This document shows, piece after piece, positions 34,854 through 45,263 of a DNA stretch of 64,000 bases (position 1 is the stretch's first letter; each line of letters begins with the position of its first letter). Below the pieces are notes generated by a model. The model was not told the DNA's origin and searched no databases. It saw nothing but the letters and a program-made list of their open reading frames with translations. Both the position numbers and the translations under genes were made by a program. Origin of the DNA: Thermoplasmata archaeon (GTDB taxonomy: Archaea; Thermoplasmatota; Thermoplasmata; Lutacidiplasmatales; UBA184); the NCBI GenBank assembly GCA_050011355.1, contig JBEKJG010000007.1, positions 30,756-94,755 on the forward strand, read 5' to 3'.

Positions 34854-37800
34854 TCATCCCGGCCCGGGCGGAGAGTCCTCGGAAGGGGAGGTGTCGTCGG
34901 AAGAGTTCCAACGGCGGGCGAAGGGGGCCGGGCGGGACGAATCGCCGGCGGCGGTCCCCGCCGGTTGGGCCGTGCGCTCCGTCTCGCCGGGAGGCCGGGT
35001 GGGAGCGACCGGGTCGGGTCGACGGCGGGCCAATAGCGCCAGGGCGACCAAGAAGATCGCGACGAGGGAGGCGACCAGGGTCCAATCCGAGGCCGTGAGG
35101 CCCCAGATCCCCACGGTGGCGCTCGATCCCGAGAGCGTGAAGTTCACCGGGACCACCAGTGCAAGACCCACGAGCGTGAACGACCCGGTCGAGCGGACCG
35201 AGTAGCCCGGTACGGAAGCGACGGTGTACGCGTAGGTCCCATTCGGCTCGGCGAACGTGACCAGGGCGGTCGCGGAGGAATGGTTCACCGTGCCAACCGA
35301 GACGGACCAGTCCGTCGCGACCGGCAGGCCCGACTCCTCGAACGAGACCGTGAACGACTCCGGGCGCACCAACGAGAACGAGATGGTCACCGTCACAACG
35401 GCTCCCAGGAGGTTCACGGTCCCGGTGGCGGGGGATGGGGCGTACCCACCGACCGACGGGACATAGTACGGGTAGCTCCCATTGGTCGCGTTGACCACGA
35501 GGGACATCCCGTCGGTGACGAGAGTCGCGCCCGCGAATTCGACCGACCACGAAGTGCCGGTCGGGAGCCCTGTCTCGGCGAACCGGACCGGATATCCCGG
35601 TCCGAACACGACGTCGACCGTGGTCGCCGAGCCATCGATCGTGAGTGTGCCGGCGGACGTCGTCGGGACCTCGTCCCCCACCGGAGCGACGGTGTAATTG
35701 AACGTCCCGTTGGGGGCATCAAAGAAGACCTCATCGTACGGCGAGTCGTGGACGGTCCCGTTGAGAGCGACCGTCCACTCCGTCCCGGGCGCGAGACCGC
35801 GTTCTAGGAACGTCAGGACGTACATCGTTTCGAAGTACTGCACGTCGACAGTCTGACCCGCGCCCTGAATCCGGAAATCGACAGTGGCCTCCTGCGGGTG
35901 GTAGGACGAGTCGAGGCTCGCGAAGACGATCTGGTAGGTCCCGTTCCCCAACCGGAACTGCATCGAGGACCCGGTGGTCTGGTTGAAAACGGAGGTACCG
36001 GGACCCGTCAGGGTGGCGCTCCACGCGAGTCCCTCGAAGGACCCGCGAGCCGGAGCCCCCGAGTACCCCGCGGTAGACCCGGCCGAAAGGAGGTACGGGA
36101 AGGATCCGTTGGGCGATTCAAAGGTGAGCGTCGTGGTATTGGAGAACCAGGTGGTCCCGTTCACGTCAACGGACCAATTCCATCCGACCGGCAGCCCCGA
36201 CTCGGCGAAGGTGACCGGGTACGAGGGCGGGTGGCTCACATTCCCGGGGTCGATGACGGTGATGGTTCCGAATTGGGGGTCGGCGATGTACACGTCCCCG
36301 GTCGTGGGGTCGGCGACGACGAACTCGGAACCGCCCGGTATGTCGAACGACCCCAAGACGCCGTCGGTAGCACCGGAGACGATCGTCGCGTTCCCGTTCG
36401 TGTTGACCACCCACATCTCTCCCGTCACCGGGTCGTACGCGGAGTCGATGGGGAAGTTCCCGGCGGCAATGTCGGCGACCGGCGTATTGGTACTCGCGTC
36501 GAGCACGGTGACGTTCCCCTGGGTCTCGGCCCCGAACACTTGATCGCTCGCACGATCGAACGCCATCAGGAGGGGGGCCTCCGGCAGGGAAACGGTCGTG
36601 GTGACCGTGTGGGTAGTGCCGGAAATGACGCTGATGTTGGATGAGCCTTCGTTCGCCACGAAGATGGAGTCTTGTTCGGAGTCGAACGCGAGCCCGACCG
36701 GCGCATACCCGACGGGTATGGTTTGCACGACGGAGTCCGTGAGGTCCGAGATGCGGCTCACCTCCCCCCCAAACTCGTCGCTAACATACACGTCCCCGGT
36801 CTGGTTGTCGACGACCACATCGATGGGGTCGGGTCCCACGGGAATGTTCGCCACGACCGAATTGTTCGCATCCTGGATGACGCTCACGTTGCCCGGGGCC
36901 GGGCCAGAGTACAGCGAGTTCGGGCCCGTAGCGAAGACCTGGTCCGTGGAGCTGTCGTAGTCGAGGAGTTCCGGGTCGAGGGAGAGAGGTATGCTCGTGA
37001 GCACGCGGTTCGTGCTAGGGGAGACCACATCGACTTCGCCGGGCTCGGGAACGGCCACGTAGAGGTCGCCGTTGTTCGTGTCGTACACCATGCCGAGCGG
37101 TTCGGCGTCCAACGAGAAGGTCCCCACGACCCGGTCGGTGGGCTCCGAGATGACCGACACGTTGTTGGACTCCGCGTTGGACACATAGACCTCCCCTGCG
37201 GCCGCGTTGTACGTCGCAGCGAACGGTACGGACCCCGTCGAGATGGTCGCGAGCACGCTCTGATTCTCCAGGTCGATCACGCCCACGATCCCCGAGGGGG
37301 GACCCAGAGCGAATATACGGCTCGTCCCCGGAATGGGTGTGAGGACGCCATAGGTCGAGCCGACGGAGAACTGGGTGGTCACGGTACCGGTCTCGGGGGA
37401 GATCACGCTCAGATTGTCGCTCGACGACGTGGCGTAGAGGTCGCCGGTGTCCGAGTCGTAGGCCAGGGACCCGGCAGAAAATCCCAACGCGAAGTTCCCG
37501 ATCGACGCGTCCGTAGCAGTGGAGATGACCGTGAGATTGTCCGTTAGTTCGTCATTGGTGAACAGTTCGCCCGAAGCGTTGTCGTAGGCCATCGAATCAG
37601 GGTACTGACCGACGGGGACCTGGGCCACCACGCTGTCGTTCACCGTGGAGATGACCGTGACCGCGCTCGTCGCGCCGCTGAGAGCGAACAGCTCGCTCAG
37701 GTTGGCCACAAAGTCGAGAGCCAGCGGGAAGCACCCGCAGAGGATCGAGCCGTTGACCGAGTCGGTCGTGTCGTTGATGAGGGCGATGCCTCCCGCCGCG

Positions 37801-38330
37801 AGCCCGACGAAGACGGTGCCCGACGCGGGGTCGTACGCGAGACTGCTCGGCTGCGGAAGGTTGGGGAGCGTTCGGAGGACCGAACCGTCGGAGACGTTCA
37901 CCACGGAGACGCTCGACGAGTCACGGTCGGCCGTGAACAGCTGACCCGTGCCGTTGTCGAAGACCACCGATACGGGATACTGGGCCGTGGTCGCGTAAAA
38001 ATCCCCCGGCTCCAGCGAATTGTTGGAGAGGACCAGAGTGTCCACGATGCGTGGTCCGCCGTCGGTGGAATACCGGTCCGACGGGTGGGGCCGGTTCGAA
38101 GACACGGTCTCGGACCATGGGGGCGACGTACGAAGCGACGCAGGGGTCCATGGAGGTGCGTGCAGTCCGAGCGCCAACGACTCCCCGGGATGAACGAGCG
38201 TTCCCCATCCGGTGGCCGCCATGAGTACGGCGAGAAGTACGCTCACGCCCGCTCGAGGATTCGGTAGGCAGCGCAACCTCCAAGCCCGGGGTGTCCTCCA
38301 GACAATCTGGTCGGACCGGGCGAGCCCCAC
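34854..38330 (-). CDS. YVTN beta-propeller surface protein with thermopsin-like repeats and TM
   Basis: Propeller repeats as in 18353..21376; VTF.ESGLP...WSV...NGTY units; C-terminal TM. Confidence 0.9.
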   Translation of the reverse strand: MGLARSDQIVWRTPRAWRLRCLPNPRAGVSVLLAVLMAATGWGTLVHPGESLALGLHAPPWTPASLRTSPPWSETVSSNRPHPSDRYSTDGGPRIVDTLVLSNNSLEPGDFYATTAQYPVSVVFDNGTGQLFTADRDSSSVSVVNVSDGSVLRTLPNLPQPSSLAYDPASGTVFVGLAAGGIALINDTTDSVNGSILCGCFPLALDFVANLSELFALSGATSAVTVISTVNDSVVAQVPVGQYPDSMAYDNASGELFTNDELTDNLTVISTATDASIGNFALGFSAGSLAYDSDTGDLYATSSSDNLSVISPETGTVTTQFSVGSTYGVLTPIPGTSRIFALGPPSGIVGVIDLENQSVLATISTGSVPFAATYNAAAGEVYVSNAESNNVSVISEPTDRVVGTFSLDAEPLGMVYDTNNGDLYVAVPEPGEVDVVSPSTNRVLTSIPLSLDPELLDYDSSTDQVFATGPNSLYSGPAPGNVSVIQDANNSVVANIPVGPDPIDVVVDNQTGDVYVSDEFGGEVSRISDLTDSVVQTIPVGYAPVGLAFDSEQDSIFVANEGSSNISVISGTTHTVTTTVSLPEAPLLMAFDRASDQVFGAETQGNVTVLDASTNTPVADIAAGNFPIDSAYDPVTGEMWVVNTNGNATIVSGATDGVLGSFDIPGGSEFVVADPTTGDVYIADPQFGTITVIDPGNVSHPPSYPVTFAESGLPVGWNWSVDVNGTTWFSNTTTLTFESPNGSFPYLLSAGSTAGYSGAPARGSFEGLAWSATLTGPGTSVFNQTTGSSMQFRLGNGTYQIVFASLDSSYHPQEATVDFRIQGAGQTVDVQYFETMYVLTFLERGLAPGTEWTVALNGTVHDSPYDEVFFDAPNGTFNYTVAPVGDEVPTTSAGTLTIDGSATTVDVVFGPGYPVRFAETGLPTGTSWSVEFAGATLVTDGMSLVVNATNGSYPYYVPSVGGYAPSPATGTVNLLGAVVTVTISFSLVRPESFTVSFEESGLPVATDWSVSVGTVNHSSATALVTFAEPNGTYAYTVASVPGYSVRSTGSFTLVGLALVVPVNFTLSGSSATVGIWGLTASDWTLVASLVAIFLVALALLARRRPDPVAPTRPPGETERTAQPAGTAAGDSSRPAPFARRWNSSDDTSPSEDSPPGPG

Positions 38331-38511
38331 CGAGTTCCCCTCCGTGGGGTGAGGGCGAGCGACAGTATATCCCTAGGTCCACGAGGGCGGGTCCCACCCA
38401 CCCTGCCCCAGATCCCCCCGGCGAACCCGGTGGCTCGCGATCTTGCGAACGTCGGGGGGATTGTCCGCGCGAGTTTCCTATCGTCTTCGGGGACCCCCAC
38501 CCCGTCCGAGG

Positions 38512-40935
38512 CTACCCGTTCGAGCGGGTCGGGTGGGGCCCCACGGCCTCGACACGAAAATCCCGCTCCTCCCACGAGTCGCTGAGGGTCCAGTAGAACG
38601 TGAACTGCCATGCGCCACCCGAGGGTCCAAGAGGCTCGAGATCCACGGAATGGAGGGCGATTCCTGCCGAACGAGATTCCCGGTCCTCGGAAGTGACCCA
38701 TCCGTCCCGTGTGACGTGGAGACGGAATGGCGCGCCGGCAATCACGCGGACCGTTGCGTCGGCCGGGGCCCGGGAGATGCGGCGGTTGAACTTCCAGACC
38801 TCACGGGAGACCGACGGAGGATGCGGACGCAGGTACCGCTCCACGACCTCCGGTACCCGGTCGAAGACTTCCCCGTCCTGGATCGACCGGCGGAGCTTGA
38901 TGTACTCCGCGTGGGCCCACACGAGCGGGGTCGCAGATTCGGTCGGTCGCGCGAATTTGAGATGGAACTCCGGTCGATCCTCCTCGTCCCAGACCTGTTC
39001 GGGCAAGAGCCCCGTGGAGGTCGCGAACTTCTCCATCGCTCGGAGGTAGGGGCGAGCGTCTCCTCCGCGGGCGAGCTCGTAATGACCCCGCTCCCCGGTC
39101 AGGAGGGGCCAGGCTCGGCCGATCCCAAACCCATTGAAGGGGGCGCCGTCTGCCGTCTCCCCGTACCCATCGTGGTTGTACCGTCTCCAGACCGGACCGC
39201 CCGGCGTGTCGACCTTCAGCACCCGGTCCACCACTTGGAGGGAGTCGACCACGACCGGGTCGTCCGCGGCGCGCAGGCCAAGGCGGACGAGGTCCAGGAA
39301 CCCGCCGTCCACGACCTCCCGCGCGGGAAACACCGACGGGGAACCCGGCGGAATGTTCGGTAGGGACAGCGTGCCGAGATCCGGACCCTCGTCCGGGTTC
39401 GGGTCGTCCACGGCCGCGGGCCGGATCCGGACGTAGTGGCGCGGGATTCCCGGTACCAAGGTCCCGTGGTGCGTCACGGTCCATGGTTCCACGTGGGCGT
39501 TCAGGAAGTCCGCGTACTCCTCCACGAACTCCGCGGTGTCCAGCCTTCCCGCGCGTCGGGCGAACTGTCCCGCGACGACGAGCGCCGCGATGGTGGTCGC
39601 CAGCGTGGACGGCGAGTATCCTCCGAGCTCCTCCCAGCGGTCCTGCTCCGTCGGCGGGCCGAAATCGATCAGGAATCGGGCGGCCCGGAGCACCATCGGG
39701 GTCGGGTCGAACTCTCCCAGGGATTTCATGCGGTGCAGCTTGCCGGCAAGAAGGATGGGGAAGGCCACTTCGTCCAGCTGGACGCCCTCCCAGTACGGAC
39801 GACCGTCCAGCCAGAAATTCTGCGGGAATCCCCCGTCGGCCTGCTGGCGGGTCGCGAGGTAGATCAACGCCCGCAGGGGAGCTTCGTGGATCCCGGCGGC
39901 GAGCAATCCGGTCGCCGCATGGAACAGGTCCCGGACCCAAACGAGGTGGTACCCCCCGGAGTCCTCGTCCCCCTTCGAACCCCCCCACGGGATCGAGAGG
40001 GACGCGATGAAGGCGCCGGGATAGGTCTTGTCCTCGTGGGCCAAGAGGATCGCACGGCTCGCGTCGAACAGGTCCCCGGAACGGGGCGGGGGGTGGGGGG
40101 TGGACGCATCGCGCAGGGCGGTCCGGTTCCACTGGGCGAGGAACCGCTTTTCGGAGGTCTCGAACGGCATTCCGAGGCCCTGGAAGAGGGCGGAGACGGC
40201 CGCGGAGGGATTCGTACCGAAGGCGAGCCCCAACGTGAAGCCCTTCGGGTGGGAGGCCTCGACCTCCCCCGTCAAGGCCACGTTCCCGTCCGGGGCCAGG
40301 TCGTACTCCCAGGTCAGGTCACGGTTCGAATGGAGGTCGGTCCAGCCGTCGCTGTGCCCGACGTACCCGACCGAGGCCCTTCGGAACGGCCGGTCGGCCC
40401 CGAGGGCGAGCGCCATCCCGCCCTTCTCGGCGATGAGGACCTCCCGCCCGAAGACCTCCTGGACCGAGGCCGTGTTGTCCCACCCGCCGACCCGCAGGTG
40501 CGGAGCCGCGAGCACGAACACCCGCAGCTTCCCTCGGAGCGTCGGGTCGAGCACCTCGAGGCGGCATCGCATCAGCAGGCACGGGAGATGCGGGGCGGCG
40601 AGGATGGTCTTGGAGAATCGGTACCGATTGTCGGGCCCCTCCGATCGTACGCGATACGCCAGAGCGTCATCGGCGATCCGCTCGGTGGTCGGATTCAGAT
40701 CCCGCTTCTCCTCGTGGAAGAACGTGGTCCCGTCGGTGAAGAGGAACTCGAGGTCTCGAAGCTGCGGCTCGTCGATGACGGGGAAGTAGACCTCCGTGAC
40801 GATCCCTCGCCAGAGGGTGAACCACAGGCGTGAATCGGCGGAGTAGGCGGTCCCTATCCCGTCCTTGTTCGAGTGCGTCCATCGGGGGGACATCCCCGGG
40901 GCACCGGGCGCGATTCGATTCCCTCGGAGCTCCAC
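38512..40935 (-). CDS. glucan 1,4-alpha-glucosidase/glucodextranase (GH15)
   Basis: APGAPG..PRW...KDGIGTA; GAFIASLSIPWG; GGYHLVWVRD; QDRWEE; SATPLVWAHAEY. Confidence 0.92.
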   Translation of the reverse strand: MELRGNRIAPGAPGMSPRWTHSNKDGIGTAYSADSRLWFTLWRGIVTEVYFPVIDEPQLRDLEFLFTDGTTFFHEEKRDLNPTTERIADDALAYRVRSEGPDNRYRFSKTILAAPHLPCLLMRCRLEVLDPTLRGKLRVFVLAAPHLRVGGWDNTASVQEVFGREVLIAEKGGMALALGADRPFRRASVGYVGHSDGWTDLHSNRDLTWEYDLAPDGNVALTGEVEASHPKGFTLGLAFGTNPSAAVSALFQGLGMPFETSEKRFLAQWNRTALRDASTPHPPPRSGDLFDASRAILLAHEDKTYPGAFIASLSIPWGGSKGDEDSGGYHLVWVRDLFHAATGLLAAGIHEAPLRALIYLATRQQADGGFPQNFWLDGRPYWEGVQLDEVAFPILLAGKLHRMKSLGEFDPTPMVLRAARFLIDFGPPTEQDRWEELGGYSPSTLATTIAALVVAGQFARRAGRLDTAEFVEEYADFLNAHVEPWTVTHHGTLVPGIPRHYVRIRPAAVDDPNPDEGPDLGTLSLPNIPPGSPSVFPAREVVDGGFLDLVRLGLRAADDPVVVDSLQVVDRVLKVDTPGGPVWRRYNHDGYGETADGAPFNGFGIGRAWPLLTGERGHYELARGGDARPYLRAMEKFATSTGLLPEQVWDEEDRPEFHLKFARPTESATPLVWAHAEYIKLRRSIQDGEVFDRVPEVVERYLRPHPPSVSREVWKFNRRISRAPADATVRVIAGAPFRLHVTRDGWVTSEDRESRSAGIALHSVDLEPLGPSGGAWQFTFYWTLSDSWEERDFRVEAVGPHPTRSNG

Positions 40936-41052
40936 GGGGACCACTTCCGGTCGGCGGCCACCGGTCGGGAGGGCAAGAGGTTTCGGTGAACGTCCGCGGA
41001 GCGGTGTGCACGGGGTTCGCCGTCCTTTTCCCGTGGCGCGGTTGTCCCGGTC

Positions 41053-41907
41053 GTGGACCTCGGCCTCCTGGTCGTCCTCCTCGTGCTCCTCTCGGTGGCC
41101 GCCGGCCTCGTCGGCTCGCTGGTCGGCATGGGCGGGGGGGTCGTGGTGATCCCGGCGCTGGTCATCCTCTTCGGGGTGCCGATCCCCGAGGCGATCGGCA
41201 CCGGTGCGATCACCATCCTGGCGACCTCGACGACCACCGGGGCGGCCTACATCCGCGACCGGCTGAGCGACCTCCGGATCGGGATGTTCCTCGAGATCGC
41301 GACCGTTCCGGGGGCCCTCCTCGGGGCGACCGCGACCGTCTTCCTCGCACGGGCGAGCCTGACCGACGCGCTCCTGGTCGCGCTCGGGATCGTTCTCCTG
41401 GCGATCATCCCCGGCAGCTTGGCGCGGCGGAACCAAGAGTTCGCCCTCGCGCGGCCCCCGGACGCCCGATCGCAGGCGCTCCGCCTCTCGGGGACCTACG
41501 TCGACCGGGCCACGGGACGCTCGGTCTCGTACCGGGCCGCGGACACGAACCCGGCGCTCGGCGTGATGTTCGGCGCGGGGGTCGTCTCGGGGATGTTCGG
41601 GATCGGCGGGGGCGTGTTCAAGGTCCTCGCCCTGGAGCGGTACCTCGGAGTCCCGATGAAGGTCGCGACCGCCACCAGCAACTTCATGATCGGCGTCACC
41701 GCCGCGGCCGGTGCCGGGATTCTCTTCGCCGCGGGCTACGTGAACCCGCTCATCGCGGCCCCGGTGGCCGTGGGAACGGCGGCGGGGGCGTACGTCGGCA
41801 GCCAGATCCTCCCGGGGCTCACGAACCGCGCGATCCGGTGGATCTTCATCCCGGTCGTCGCCGCGCTGGCGATCGAGACGATCCTCCGGGGGCTGGGTCT
41901 GCCATGA
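41053..41907 (+). CDS. sulfite exporter TauE/SafE family protein
   Basis: G.GGG motifs, ATATSNFMIGVTA, multiple TMs. Confidence 0.9.
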   Translation: MDLGLLVVLLVLLSVAAGLVGSLVGMGGGVVVIPALVILFGVPIPEAIGTGAITILATSTTTGAAYIRDRLSDLRIGMFLEIATVPGALLGATATVFLARASLTDALLVALGIVLLAIIPGSLARRNQEFALARPPDARSQALRLSGTYVDRATGRSVSYRAADTNPALGVMFGAGVVSGMFGIGGGVFKVLALERYLGVPMKVATATSNFMIGVTAAAGAGILFAAGYVNPLIAAPVAVGTAAGAYVGSQILPGLTNRAIRWIFIPVVAALAIETILRGLGLP

Positions 41908-42314
41908 CCGAACCGCAGTGGGAGGCGGAGGACCGAACCCTCCCTCCGAGCGCCTACCTCCGGATGGCGATCGTCCTGCGCGTGGGCCTGTTCGCCTCCC
42001 TCGCCCTGCTGATCGGCGCGCTCGCCGCGTACTTGCTGATCCACCCCGCCGCCATGTCGGGGGCGGCGATCTCCTCGAACCCGATCCTCCAGTTCCTGAA
42101 CCTCCCGGGGCTCGCGGGGGGCCTGGGGGCCGGGAACCCGGCGGCCTACCTCACTCTCGGGCTCCTGGTCCTGGTCGCGACTCCGATCGTCCGCGTCGCC
42201 TCGGGGTTCTACTACTTCCGCCGCGGAGGAGAGCGAACGATGGCCGGGGTCACCCTCGCCGTGATCCTGATGCTCCTGTTCGGACTGCTCGTGCTCGGAC
42301 CGCTCGTGCGCTAG
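41904..42314 (+). CDS. DUF1634 membrane protein
   Basis: LR.G...S; LGLLVLVATPIVRV; ATGA-coupled to TauE, its usual partner. Confidence 0.85.
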   Translation: MTEPQWEAEDRTLPPSAYLRMAIVLRVGLFASLALLIGALAAYLLIHPAAMSGAAISSNPILQFLNLPGLAGGLGAGNPAAYLTLGLLVLVATPIVRVASGFYYFRRGGERTMAGVTLAVILMLLFGLLVLGPLVR

Positions 42315-42338
42315 CCGCACGACGGGGACCCGGTTCCG

Positions 42339-43715
42339 TTAGTGTGAAGCCGGGAGTTCGGCGAGCGCCCGTCGGACCGCTCCGACGCCCTCGTCCGCCA
42401 GGGCGCGGGCTTGGGCCGGGTCCTTGGACTCGGCGAAGATCCGGATGAGCGGCTCGGTTCCCGACGGACGGAGGAGGATCCATCCGCCGCCTCGGAATGC
42501 CTTGACGCCGTCCAGGGTGACGACCCGGTCGGCGCCCTGGGTGAGGCTGGCCTCTACCTGGGCCATCACCGCGGAGCGCGAGGCGACGGGGCAGGCGACC
42601 TTCTCGCGTACGAGAGCATACCTCGGGACGGTGGAGAGCGCCTCGGTCAGGGTGAGGTCCTTCCGCGCGAGGAGGTCGAGCAATCCGGCGGCCGACATGC
42701 CGCCGTCGCGCGCGTACTGGAACTTCGGGAAGATGAGGCCGCCGTTCTCCTCGCCACCGAACACGGCCTTCTGGGCTTCCATCTCGTGGGTGACCGCGGG
42801 CGAACCGACGCGCGTATACACCACCGATCCGCCGTGCGGGCGTACGGCATCCTCGAGACTCAGGGACGCCGAGACCGGGCTGACGACGATCCCTCCGCCG
42901 GCCCGCTCGACCGCGTCGCGGGCGAGCAGCGCGAGGGTCTCCTCCCCGGGGACGAACCGTCCGTGGCGGTCGACGAACACCGCCCGGTCCGCGTCCCCGT
43001 CGTGGACGATCCCCAGGTCAGCCCCCAGGGCAGGGACCGTGTGGATGAGGTCCTGGATGTTCGCCTCGGTCGGTTCGGAGAGATGGCCCGGGAACGTGCC
43101 GTCCGGGTGGCCGTTGAGGGAGATGACCCGGCAGCCGAGCCGGCGAAGGAGATGGGGGGCGGTCGAAACGCTCGCCCCGTTGCCGCAGTCGACGACGACG
43201 GTGAAGCGGCGGCGGCGGATCTTCTCGACATCCACCTGCCCGAGTATCCCGTCGACGTACCGTTGGGCGCCGTCCGAGACCGGGTAGACCGACCCCACGG
43301 CGTCGTACGGCACGCTCCGAACGGTACCGGCTTCGGCCGCCTCCTCGATGGCGGCCTCGACGCTGCGCGGGACCTCGAGGCCGTCCGCGGCGATGCACTT
43401 CAACCCGTTGAACTCCCGGGGGTTGTGGGAGGCGGTGGCGATGATACCCATCTGGACCCCGAGCCGGGGGACGAGATACTGGACGGCGGGGGTCGGGAGG
43501 ATACCGAGTTCGGCGACCCGGTGACCCGCAAGGGCCAGGGTGGAGGAGACGATGTGGGCGATCTCCGGGCTGGATGTCCGCGCGTCCCACCCGATGGCGA
43601 TCCGGTCGGCCGGGGCGAGGACGGTCGTGATCCCGCCCGCGACCCGGGCGACGAACGGGGCGGTGAGCTTTTCGCCGACGATTTCCCGAATGCCGTTGGT
43701 GCCGAACAAGCGCAT
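42339..43715 (-). CDS. glmM: phosphoglucosamine mutase / PMM-PGM family
   Basis: LFGTNGIR, TASHNP, DGDADR, GGEENGG, RPSGTEP. Confidence 0.92.
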   Translation of the reverse strand: MRLFGTNGIREIVGEKLTAPFVARVAGGITTVLAPADRIAIGWDARTSSPEIAHIVSSTLALAGHRVAELGILPTPAVQYLVPRLGVQMGIIATASHNPREFNGLKCIAADGLEVPRSVEAAIEEAAEAGTVRSVPYDAVGSVYPVSDGAQRYVDGILGQVDVEKIRRRRFTVVVDCGNGASVSTAPHLLRRLGCRVISLNGHPDGTFPGHLSEPTEANIQDLIHTVPALGADLGIVHDGDADRAVFVDRHGRFVPGEETLALLARDAVERAGGGIVVSPVSASLSLEDAVRPHGGSVVYTRVGSPAVTHEMEAQKAVFGGEENGGLIFPKFQYARDGGMSAAGLLDLLARKDLTLTEALSTVPRYALVREKVACPVASRSAVMAQVEASLTQGADRVVTLDGVKAFRGGGWILLRPSGTEPLIRIFAESKDPAQARALADEGVGAVRRALAELPASH

Positions 43716-43794
43716 GGATCCGAACGGGGAGGTATCAGGAGACCTCCGGTATAAGACGAGCAAGGTTTCATCCCAGTTCCGCGCTCGGTTCGAT

Positions 43795-44271
43795 GTGCAG
43801 CCTTCGGCGTGGTGGGCGGACGAGATGCTCGGCCGACTGGCCCGGTACCTCCGCATCGTTGGGATGGACACCGCGTACCGGACGGGTCTCGACGACGAGG
43901 AGTTGTTGCGGTGCGCAGCTACGGAACATCGGACCGTGATCACTCGGGACCGGGGGTTGGCCCGTCGCGCCGACGGGGCGGTGCTGCTGGCGTCGGTCGC
44001 CATCGAGGATCAGTGGCGGGAGCTGCACGCACGGTTCCCGCAGATTCCGACCGAACCCCGGTTCGAGCGCTGCACGCTCTGCAACGGCCCGCTCGGCCCC
44101 CTTTCCCCGGAAGATACCCTCGCAACCGTCAGCGCCGTGCCCGCCCGCGTCCGCGATTCGGGTACGTCGCTCTACCGCTGTGCGTCGTGCGGCCACGTAT
44201 ACTGGGAGGGCTCCCATACCGCCTCCGTGCGGCGGCGGCTGGCGTTGTGGACCTCGGGGGGACCGCGCTGA
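43795..44271 (+). CDS. Mut7-C (DUF82) PIN RNase domain protein
   Basis: ADEMLGRLARYLR..G.DT; TRDRGL; RCTLCNGPL; C..CGHVYWEGSH. Confidence 0.88.
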   Translation: MQPSAWWADEMLGRLARYLRIVGMDTAYRTGLDDEELLRCAATEHRTVITRDRGLARRADGAVLLASVAIEDQWRELHARFPQIPTEPRFERCTLCNGPLGPLSPEDTLATVSAVPARVRDSGTSLYRCASCGHVYWEGSHTASVRRRLALWTSGGPR

Positions 44272-45263
44272 ACGCGGTATACATCGAGCTCTCGGGGGAG
44301 AGTCTCGAACTCGCCCGGGCGGAGGCGACCGCAGCGACCGAGGCGCTCGGCGGCGAATCCGCGGGCACGGTCCGCGGAGCGGAGACGATCCTCGAGGTTT
44401 TCCTGGATCCCTCCCTAGCCCGCGTCCTCGCCGGTCGGTTGGCTCTCGCCCGACGTACCCTCATTCCCGCTTCCCTTGGCCCGGAGGGTGTCCCGGCTCC
44501 GTCCCGATCGGCTTCCGCCGCGGTCTTTCGGCCGTTTCGCCGACCGTCGGGCGGGGGAAACGATGCGGGGATTCTGCGCGCCGCCCGGTACTGGAAGACG
44601 GCCGGCGGGACGATCGATCTGGAGCGACCGGACCGCCGATTCTGGTGCCTCGACCGACCGGTGGGGGCTCCGCTCTGGCTCGAGGAGATCGCACCGGTCG
44701 ACCGCCGCGCCGTATCGGCCCGGAGGATCTCGGCCCTGCCGTTCCGCCGACCGGTCGGCCTCGACCCCCGCCTGGCCCGGGCGAGCGCGAACCTGGCCCG
44801 GGCGCGGGCCGGTGGACGGGTCTTGGACCCGTTCGTCGGCACCGGGGCCCTGCTGGCCGAGGCCGGACTCCTGGGTTCGGAGGTGGTCGGCATCGACCGG
44901 GACCCGACGATGGTCCAGGGGGCGCTGCGGAATTTCCACCATCTCGGGGTCACGGCGTCGGCGATGGTCGTCGGCGATTCGGGGGAGGTCGAATTCGCCG
45001 GTTCGGAGGGGCCGTTCGACGCGGTGTTGAGCGATCTACCCTACGGCCGGTCCTCCGGCACGGGCGGGGAGGAGACGGGGACGCTCGCCCGCCGCGTGAT
45101 CCCCCGGTGGGCCGAGCGGGTCCGCCCCGGCGGACGCCTCGTCCTTGTGGTTCCCGGGGGCGAGGATCCGGTGGAGCCGCCTTGGCGTCGGGTCCGTTCG
45201 ATCCCGGTGCGGGTGCACCGCAGCCTGACGCGCGAGTTCCGGGTCTATGAGCGGGCGCCTTAG
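44268..45263 (+). CDS. tRNA guanine-N2 methyltransferase (Trm11/TrmG10-like)
   Basis: YIELSGE...LA.AE; LDPRLAR...NL; DPFVGTG; DLPYGRSS; VHRSLTR; apparent CTG start overlapping the upstream TGA. Confidence 0.82.
   Translation: MNAVYIELSGESLELARAEATAATEALGGESAGTVRGAETILEVFLDPSLARVLAGRLALARRTLIPASLGPEGVPAPSRSASAAVFRPFRRPSGGGNDAGILRAARYWKTAGGTIDLERPDRRFWCLDRPVGAPLWLEEIAPVDRRAVSARRISALPFRRPVGLDPRLARASANLARARAGGRVLDPFVGTGALLAEAGLLGSEVVGIDRDPTMVQGALRNFHHLGVTASAMVVGDSGEVEFAGSEGPFDAVLSDLPYGRSSGTGGEETGTLARRVIPRWAERVRPGGRLVLVVPGGEDPVEPPWRRVRSIPVRVHRSLTREFRVYERAP

Noticed and set aside
4543-38400. Intact provirus or integrative element with attL/attR
   Set aside because: No integrase, capsid, packaging or conjugation gene recognised, and no copy of the tRNA 3' end found by eye
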